Below, piece after piece: positions 26,600-32,168 of a DNA stretch of 32,168 nt. The notes under the pieces were generated by a model. That model was not told where the DNA came from and did not search any database. It worked only from the letters and a program-made list of their open reading frames with translations. The stretch is from IMG/VR virus record IMGVR_UViG_3300020044_001276, positions 1 through 32,168 of that record; one strand, 5' to 3'. The translations under genes were made by a program, and so were the position numbers. The number at the start of each line of letters is the position of its first letter. Position 1 is the stretch's first letter. Source of the stretch: a virus (lineage: Duplodnaviria > Caudoviricetes).

Positions 26600-27805
26600 T
26601 TAGTCTTTGATATGAATCGTTTTGCCGTTGTCAGCCACCGCATCATTGCCTCCTGTGATTACCCACATAGTTGGAGCAGTCCACTCGCTACCCCAGTTCG
26701 GTACATAGCCGTCGGTCAACACGATGATGCACTCGGGCTTGATGTTCTCGTCACGCAGATGTATGGATACGCAACTAGGGTCAGTACCCCCACCACCCTT
26801 GGGTTTGGTTGAGCTAACAATGTTAGATACCTCTCCACCCTCATACTTCTCATGCCCCGCTACTGCACCATCCCAATAGATCAAGTCAACGATCTCGGGG
26901 TTGACTTCCTCAGCCACACCTTTGACCTCAGCTAAGAATTCGTTAAGCTCATGCCCACCGATAGACCCCGATGTGTCAATCGCTACGACGATATGCCCAA
27001 CCTTCTCACCGATCATGCTCGGCATATAAGTACCGCCCGATAAGAATCTGCGGTTGACCCTACGCCATGATGATGTGTCTTTGTTGGCGCAGGTGGCTTT
27101 CACATACTCGCGTAGTTCTTCGCGCCAGTTAACCTTGGGTTCCAAGTGCTCGTCAATCTCACGCCCGATACCACCCGCACCTTTGCCGTTGGCTTTCTCA
27201 TGCGCCATGAGTCCCTGCCGAATAGCTTGGTCGATCTCGCGCTCGAGGGTTTTCTTCTCCTCCTCGGTCATGTCCTTCGCACCATCCCAATCATGGTCAT
27301 CGAGTCCACCACCATCACCATCGCCACCTTCGCCGCCCTCGCCACCTTCCTGATCTTCGAGTAGATCGAACACTTGCTTGGAGTTCATGCCTTTGAATCG
27401 TGGGTCATACAAACCCATGCGCTCACCCTTGTGCGGTCCATCCTTATACTTAGGCATGGCGATAATGTCCTCGTTGGGATCGAGTTCTCGGAGCATGTAG
27501 TTAATAACGTAGTCACAAGCCATGTTTGCCCGTCGGTGATCTTGGTCATGGAGTTTTTTCCATGTCGTCAAGTGCCGGTACATTTTGTGCGACACCTCAT
27601 GCGCCACAAGAAATGCCAGTTCCTTGTCGGTCAACGACGCCACGAACTTACGTCCGTACTTCTCATCGCGTCCGTTGGTGCACGCAGTTGGAATGTCATC
27701 CACTACGCTAGTACGGCCAACCATCATTACACCTTGGAGTAAGGCGAACTTAGGATTACGCATGAGCGTGATCTTGGCCTTCTGCAGTTTACGTTCTTCT
27801 AACAT
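26600..27805 (-). CDS. DUF2201-type HExxH metallopeptidase plus VWA domain protein
   Basis: PTACTNG, AHEVSH, N.ACDYVIN; MIDAS DTSGS, GGGTD, LTDGY; start MLEERK lies in palindrome 5 after AAGGAG. Confidence 0.88.
   Translation of the reverse strand: MLEERKLQKAKITLMRNPKFALLQGVMMVGRTSVVDDIPTACTNGRDEKYGRKFVASLTDKELAFLVAHEVSHKMYRHLTTWKKLHDQDHRRANMACDYVINYMLRELDPNEDIIAMPKYKDGPHKGERMGLYDPRFKGMNSKQVFDLLEDQEGGEGGEGGDGDGGGLDDHDWDGAKDMTEEEKKTLEREIDQAIRQGLMAHEKANGKGAGGIGREIDEHLEPKVNWREELREYVKATCANKDTSSWRRVNRRFLSGGTYMPSMIGEKVGHIVVAIDTSGSIGGHELNEFLAEVKGVAEEVNPEIVDLIYWDGAVAGHEKYEGGEVSNIVSSTKPKGGGGTDPSCVSIHLRDENIKPECIIVLTDGYVPNWGSEWTAPTMWVITGGNDAVADNGKTIHIKD
26814..26826. repeat. Palindrome copy 4 (inside VWA domain, SNIVS)
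   Basis: ctaacaatgttag. Confidence 0.95.
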
Positions 27806-27811
27806 TGTTAG
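27799..27811. repeat. Palindrome copy 5 (contains upstream TAA and downstream ATG)
   Basis: ctaacattgttag. Confidence 0.95.
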
Positions 27812-28026
27812 GCTCCTTCGTTTAATATGTTTACTAACTTCTGACAAACTTCTCTGTCGGCATGCTCGAACAAAGTCTCGCACTTCCTTGTGTCGTATAC
27901 ACAATACCCAAGTATCTGTATTTGCAAAGTACCGCTTTCGTTGTGGCGTCGTTCGATCACCCACCTAGCTATGTACCTACCCCTTCGCAGTAAATCTTCT
28001 GCGGTTGTTCCATTGAACGCCATCAC
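27808..28026 (-). CDS. Hypothetical protein
   Basis: SD AGGAGG; stop inside palindrome 5. Confidence 0.7.
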   Translation of the reverse strand: MMAFNGTTAEDLLRRGRYIARWVIERRHNESGTLQIQILGYCVYDTRKCETLFEHADREVCQKLVNILNEGA

Positions 28027-28244
28027 AAACCTCCTTCTACTAGCAACCTAGCCATAAGCTGTAACTCCTGCAGGGATTCAAAGTCATGCACCTTGTCAAG
28101 GCTTCCCTTGTCGATTCGATACAGTACATATCTATCCTTGCCGTTGTCGGTGTACCCACCCATCGCATACCCTGCTTCATGTAGCTTGGCATAGGAGAAT
28201 GGGTCAGACTCAATCCACTGCCCCTCGTTATCAGAGTAAGTCAT
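28023..28244 (-). CDS. Hypothetical protein (MTYSDNEG...)
   Basis: Internal ATG overlapping the end of the ATPase gene. Confidence 0.65.
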   Translation of the reverse strand: MTYSDNEGQWIESDPFSYAKLHEAGYAMGGYTDNGKDRYVLYRIDKGSLDKVHDFESLQELQLMARLLVEGGL

Positions 28245-29295
28245 GGTTCTTAGCAACCCAGTCAGCGAACGCCTTGCAACTAAATGCAATGCTCTGCTTG
28301 CTTGGTGTCTTGGCAATGTTGATTGCGAACACGGCTTGCCACTCGGCATCGAATCGAGACAAGTACTCCATGAATGGGGCAATGGTTGTCTTGTCTACCC
28401 TAGCAATCGCACCGAATACCACAATCGCACAAGCACCTGCTGACGTAGGAATACTCGTGGTCTTGGGATGTTGGATAGTCGACTCCCATGTTGGCAACTG
28501 ATCTGAGAACTCAATGTATGCTTGCATATCACGAGCGGCTGACTCACCGATAGCGCCTGTCAATGCGGCAATCACAGTCTCAGGGTCGTTGTCCTTACGT
28601 GTCCTAACAATGTTAGATGCCGTCTCGAGCGAGCGTGGTGACACAAAGGCTTTCTGAGAATTCTTAGGGTTGTAGATGTAGGGGTTGTCGCCTTGCCCTG
28701 CGTCCGTGTAACTTGCCATGGCATGAGGGAATCGGTTGACCCATGCAATAACCTCGGGCTCGATACCTTTGTTGATAGCCCACTCAATCCATTGGTCGGC
28801 ATCGGGTTTGCTGATCGTCACGGGCACCAGTCGGTTACGGCTATGCGCTTTCAGGTTATCGCCCACGCCGTCGGTGCTCAGGTTGCCAGTCAGGAACACC
28901 ACAGTATTAGAGTCGAGCGGTAGATCACCGAGTCGAGGATTCGCCTTCTCTAGCATTGGGTGCAACATATTTTTAACTGGGTCTGCACCCTTGGTAAACT
29001 CGTCGAGCATGATTACCATGGGCTTGCCGTTGTGGATACCAAAGCGAGCGTTGGGGTAGTAGCGTGTGGTCTTGGTTTCGTGGTCGATCACCGGCATGGC
29101 AATGTCGCCCAAGTCCATGTTAGGGACGTCGATGTAGGCGTAGTCGTAGCCCATGCCACTAGCAATACTCTCCAAGAGGGAAGACTTGCCGATTCCTGGC
29201 TCGCCTTGCAGTAGGAACCTTGTGGTTGGGTTAGTACGGATAAGGTTAGCCGCTTGCTTGAGGGTAATTGATTTACCGAATTTGATTTCTGACAT
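28231..29295 (-). CDS. MoxR-like AAA+ ATPase
   Basis: Walker A GEPGIGKS, Walker B MLDEF, TGN sensor, NR finger, SPRS. Confidence 0.9.
   Translation of the reverse strand: MSEIKFGKSITLKQAANLIRTNPTTRFLLQGEPGIGKSSLLESIASGMGYDYAYIDVPNMDLGDIAMPVIDHETKTTRYYPNARFGIHNGKPMVIMLDEFTKGADPVKNMLHPMLEKANPRLGDLPLDSNTVVFLTGNLSTDGVGDNLKAHSRNRLVPVTISKPDADQWIEWAINKGIEPEVIAWVNRFPHAMASYTDAGQGDNPYIYNPKNSQKAFVSPRSLETASNIVRTRKDNDPETVIAALTGAIGESAARDMQAYIEFSDQLPTWESTIQHPKTTSIPTSAGACAIVVFGAIARVDKTTIAPFMEYLSRFDAEWQAVFAINIAKTPSKQSIAFSCKAFADWVAKNHDLL
28604..28616. repeat. Palindrome copy 6 (inside ATPase, SNIVR)
   Basis: ctaacaatgttag. Confidence 0.95.
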
Positions 29296-29319
29296 TTCTA
29301 ATATCCTTCTGATTTGTGC

Positions 29320-29332
29320 CTAACAATGTTAG
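29320..29332. repeat. Palindrome copy 7 (5' UTR; extends to 17-bp GCCTAACAATGTTAGGC)
   Basis: Lies between the promoter at 29392-29420 and the ATPase start. Confidence 0.95.
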
Positions 29333-29391
29333 GCGGGTTACTGTTACTCTAATACTCTGATTCGATGCTTGATTTGTTTGCATCAGCTTAT

Positions 29392-29420
29392 ATTATACCA
29401 CAATGTTATGGCAATGTCAA
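29392..29420 (-). promoter_or_regulatory. Consensus sigma70 promoter TTGACA-17-TATAAT with extended -10
   Basis: - strand TTGACATTGCCATAACATTGTGGTATAAT. Confidence 0.9.
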
Positions 29421-29425
29421 GTCCT

Positions 29426-30634
29426 TTAGTCATAGGTACGACTAAAGAATTCCTCGCGTTGTTCAGGTGTCGGCATGATCGTTACCAATTTGTCGTACCT
29501 ATCGTTGGGTAGTTGGTTGGGTTTGAGCTCGCGCTTGTCGATCATCTCGTCGCTGTGGTATCTCAGCAGTGCATTGTCGAATGTACTGAGCGCGATGTTT
29601 GCGTGAACAAACACTTGCTTGTCGTCACCATCCAACGGCCAACTGTAAATGTAGCCAAGCGACAGACCTAACAATGTTAGGGAGGCTCGGTAGTAGTTTT
29701 CAGTCCGTGTCTCCTCGGGTTGGTCATCCGCGATCAACGAAAAGAATTGCTTACATTGGCGCTGATACTTAGACCACTGCGTCTCTGACGGCATGGCATG
29801 ATCTTTCGCAACATTGAGCAACCGATTGACTGTCGGCGTCAGGCACTGCACCCCTTGCGGTTTGCTCTGTATCTGTACCACGTTACGCAAGTCAGGCTTC
29901 CACCGCATCACCTCGGGTTGCGGAACAACATTCGCACTCCAGTTCACATCCTTGAACGTCTCGTAGCCAATGCAGTCGGCCATCTCCATGAGTGACATGG
30001 GAATCATCTCGTGTGTCTCTACCTTGCGGTAGTTACTGCCGCCTGTGGTCATTGCCTCTTTGCGTAGGGATATGAACCCCTCGTAGTACTTGATGAACTG
30101 CGAGTAGCGTGACCTAACATTGTTAGACTGCTTGCGGTTAATGTAGTACGAATAGATCACATCCTTCTTGAACACGCGCAGGGAATTCTCTCCCGCTTCT
30201 TTAATACACTCAAGCACGAGCACGCCCCCGCCCGCAACTACATAGCGTTCGTCTTTGATCTTGATGCCGATCTTTTTGCGGTCGAGCCAAGCGGGTGTAG
30301 CTAGTACGCGCTCAATCATGCCCGACTCCATCAGTCCCATCCATGAGGGTGTGATGATGATTTTGTTGTCGGGTGTGTAGGTGAGCACGACTCGTCCGTA
30401 ACAGACAAGCTCGATGTGCCTACTCTCCTCGTCTTGCCTGATTGAGTAGGTATCAATGTCGCTTCGTCTGCCAAGTGGCACGCATGGGTTAACTTTATTG
30501 CCCCATCTGTGGTTGGTTGGTGTGCGTCCGCGAATAGGCTTCGTTGACTTGAAGCGGGTCAATGCTTCCTGATACGAGCGTATGCGCGGTAGGTAATAAG
30601 TTGAGGGATAAACCCCCGTCCGTGTTTCTTTCAT
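29426..30634 (-). CDS. Hypothetical protein, 402 aa
   Basis: Long ORF, SD GGAG; no recognised motif. Confidence 0.8.
   Translation of the reverse strand: MKETRTGVYPSTYYLPRIRSYQEALTRFKSTKPIRGRTPTNHRWGNKVNPCVPLGRRSDIDTYSIRQDEESRHIELVCYGRVVLTYTPDNKIIITPSWMGLMESGMIERVLATPAWLDRKKIGIKIKDERYVVAGGGVLVLECIKEAGENSLRVFKKDVIYSYYINRKQSNNVRSRYSQFIKYYEGFISLRKEAMTTGGSNYRKVETHEMIPMSLMEMADCIGYETFKDVNWSANVVPQPEVMRWKPDLRNVVQIQSKPQGVQCLTPTVNRLLNVAKDHAMPSETQWSKYQRQCKQFFSLIADDQPEETRTENYYRASLTLLGLSLGYIYSWPLDGDDKQVFVHANIALSTFDNALLRYHSDEMIDKRELKPNQLPNDRYDKLVTIMPTPEQREEFFSRTYD
29668..29680. repeat. Palindrome copy 8 (inside CDS, LTLL)
   Basis: ctaacaatgttag. Confidence 0.95.
30114..30126. repeat. Palindrome copy 9 (inside CDS, SNNVR)
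   Basis: ctaacattgttag. Confidence 0.95.
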
Positions 30635-30638
30635 AACA

Positions 30639-30812
30639 TTACTCCATCATTTCTGCGGGTGCGCGTAGGCGCAGGGCTTTCACATTCTTCAGCGTTGGGT
30701 ACTTCAGAACGAAGCGCTCCCTTGCTGTGCTTATGTCTTTGGCCTCGGCAACCTCAGTCACCCAGTAACCAAAGCGGTTACTCCATCCTGTCATTAGATA
30801 CTTGGCTAACAT
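30639..30812 (-). CDS. Hypothetical protein, 57 aa (not in track)
   Basis: MLAKYLMTGWSNRFGYW...; SD GGAGG; ATG inside palindrome 10. Confidence 0.65.
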   Translation of the reverse strand: MLAKYLMTGWSNRFGYWVTEVAEAKDISTARERFVLKYPTLKNVKALRLRAPAEMME

Positions 30813-30818
30813 TGTTAG
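30806..30818. repeat. Palindrome copy 10 (contains TAA and ATG)
   Basis: ctaacattgttag. Confidence 0.95.
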
Positions 30819-30934
30819 ATACCCTCCAATAAACTAAAACAACCAACCCACTCACGGAATGTCGATTGGTTTGCAAGTGGCAACCACTCTAGTTGCCCGC
30901 GCACCATGCGCTCAACACAAATAGTTCCTTTCAT
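30815..30934 (-). CDS. Small hypothetical protein, 39 aa
   Basis: MKGTICVERMVRG...; TGATG coupling; stop in palindrome 10. Confidence 0.5.
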   Translation of the reverse strand: MKGTICVERMVRGQLEWLPLANQSTFREWVGCFSLLEGI

Positions 30935-31056
30935 CACAACCCCTTCACAATAGCGATCAACAGCAGAAAGACTGCGAACACAAAGGACGCGAACGGATTC
31001 ATCGCCCTTGCTAGGAATATCTGCGAAAGCAGAAAAAAGTATTCGGCTGGTGTCAT
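30934..31056 (-). CDS. Small membrane peptide, 40 aa
   Basis: MTPAEYFFLLSQIFLARAMNPFASFVFAVFLLLIAIVKGL. Confidence 0.5.
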   Translation of the reverse strand: MTPAEYFFLLSQIFLARAMNPFASFVFAVFLLLIAIVKGL

Positions 31057-31087
31057 AGCATCTTCCCTTCGTCCATTAAAAACACTT

Positions 31088-31180
31088 TCATAACGGCCTC
31101 CAATAAAGTAAATCTAAAAGCACCACAATTAAACCAAGCAGGAACACAACCCGCTCAAACTTTTCAAACCCGCCTAACAT
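31088..31180 (-). CDS. Small membrane peptide, 30 aa
   Basis: MLGGFEKFERVVFLLGLIVVLLDLLYWRPL; SD AAGGAG; ATG in palindrome 11. Confidence 0.6.
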   Translation of the reverse strand: MLGGFEKFERVVFLLGLIVVLLDLLYWRPL

Positions 31181-31424
31181 TGTTAGTCTCCTTCATGTCT
31201 TCCATTAGTACTACTAGGTCTTCGATCAAGTCTTGGATGCAGTCGCCTCGGATTGGGTGAATAGGTTCAACGCCCATGTCCTCAGCCATTTGGCTCACAT
31301 CTGCAAACAACTTGTCCCAACCCGTAGCCCAGTCGGTCATGTCGTACCAACCGATTGGGTGGATTTCGTGGTCGGAGAACAAATAGCCCCAGTACATCAT
31401 CCCTGTGTTTTCTTTACCTAACAT
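31164..31424 (-). CDS. Hypothetical acidic protein
   Basis: SD GAGGAGG; ATG in palindrome 12. Confidence 0.7.
   Translation of the reverse strand: MLGKENTGMMYWGYLFSDHEIHPIGWYDMTDWATGWDKLFADVSQMAEDMGVEPIHPIRGDCIQDLIEDLVVLMEDMKETNNVRRV
31174..31186. repeat. Palindrome copy 11 (contains ATG)
   Basis: ctaacattgttag. Confidence 0.95.
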
Positions 31425-31638
31425 TGTTAGCCTCCTCGTCTGCTAGTTGGTCGATCATCTTGATTACCCTGTTACTGCCCACCTCACGGATTAGCCACAG
31501 AACGCTTCGCCCTGCGTCAACGCCATGTCCGTTATGGGTTTTAAACAGACGCCTTACTAGGCGTAACACAATCCAATGGTGTGCTTCGGGTTCTTTGTAT
31601 TTACCTAACTTAGTCATCATGGTCTTCCTCATCTTCAA
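31414..31638 (-). CDS. Hypothetical protein
   Basis: Overlaps both neighbours; start uncertain (possibly ~31620). Confidence 0.6.
   Translation of the reverse strand: MKMRKTMMTKLGKYKEPEAHHWIVLRLVRRLFKTHNGHGVDAGRSVLWLIREVGSNRVIKMIDQLADEEANNVR
31418..31430. repeat. Palindrome copy 12 (contains ATG)
   Basis: ctaacattgttag. Confidence 0.95.
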
Positions 31639-31906
31639 GAAATTCTGTCATCCCAATACTTTGAAGCAACCCCCTCGAGTACTCGATCTCAAGGTTTAAC
31701 TGCTCTATGTACGAGCCTTCCTCTATGTAACTGTCGGCAGTCTCTAATAGATTGCTCAACGCCCACGCCAACAAAGTAGTCCTCGCTTGCGCATCAATCC
31801 AACCCGCAGTCCATATCATGCGATCTCGGTCAGACATGTTTTGCTCGTTGTTGTCGGCTTCCCACTGGTGGAACGCCTCGTTTGCTTTCACTTGTTCATC
31901 TAACAT
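31610..31906 (-). CDS. Hypothetical acidic protein
   Basis: Start MLDEQ in palindrome 13 after GAGG. Confidence 0.65.
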   Translation of the reverse strand: MLDEQVKANEAFHQWEADNNEQNMSDRDRMIWTAGWIDAQARTTLLAWALSNLLETADSYIEEGSYIEQLNLEIEYSRGLLQSIGMTEFLEDEEDHDD

Positions 31907-31912
31907 TGTTAG
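31900..31912. repeat. Palindrome copy 13 (contains ATG)
   Basis: ctaacattgttag. Confidence 0.95.
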
Positions 31913-31914
31913 CC

Positions 31915-32166
31915 TCACAGTTCTACGATGATTGTTAGCTTGTTAAATGTGTCGGCATCGACTTCTTGCCAACACCCTGCGCTTGTCATGCGGTCGCCAA
32001 AGTCGTGCATGCTGACAGTCCCATCACCCGCTTGCTCAGCCGCATCGCCCCAAAACTTGGAAGCAATCTCATCTAAGCGCTCTTCGGGGTGTGAGTCGGT
32101 TTTAAACTTGAACATGGAGTTAACCACGCTCTCGCCAAAGTAAGTCTCGATCTCGCCAATGTAATG
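31915..32166 (-). CDS. Hypothetical protein, 5'-truncated by the window edge
   Basis: Frame stays open to the end of the window. Confidence 0.6.
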   Translation of the reverse strand, partial: HYIGEIETYFGESVVNSMFKFKTDSHPEERLDEIASKFWGDAAEQAGDGTVSMHDFGDRMTSAGCWQEVDADTFNKLTIIVEL

Positions 32167-32168
32167 TT

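Noticed and set aside
21762-31912. Palindrome copies as a CRISPR array
   Set aside because: The repeat is only 13 bp, spacing is 244-2192 bp and irregular, and copies lie within genes. The Cas4-like gene is a normal phage replication-module exonuclease.
24186-31938. Half or gapped palindrome matches (near 24186, 25561, 29107, 31931)
   Set aside because: Short partial matches can arise by chance, so they were not counted among the 13 copies.

Overview
A 32-kb segment of a tailed dsDNA phage genome, probably podovirus-like; a betaproteobacterial host is inferred from an RpoD-like domain. 1-11184 (+): five low-complexity or large ORFs resembling internal virion/ejection proteins, ending in a 2.2-kaa polyvalent-type protein. 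11269-21663 (-): replication module (primase-helicase, HTH, SSB-like protein, SNF2 helicase, HNH, Cas4-like exonuclease, stand-alone sigma70 region-4 protein, family A DNA polymerase, VRR-NUC). 21781-32168 (-): dense early-type region of small ORFs with a MoxR AAA+/VWA-metallopeptidase/DUF3150-like module. The main unexplained signal is a 13-bp palindrome, CTAACA(A/T)TGTTAG, found by eye in 13 exact copies, all between 21762 and 31912, with density rising towards the right end. Five copies supply the ATG of a gene (two of these also the upstream stop) and five lie inside CDSs in two different frames. Two sigma70-type promoters carry a related 13-bp palindrome on their -35 box, and one drives a highly structured ~100-nt leader RNA. 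No capsid, terminase, integrase, tRNA or CRISPR array was recognised. All family calls come from motif recognition, not database searches.
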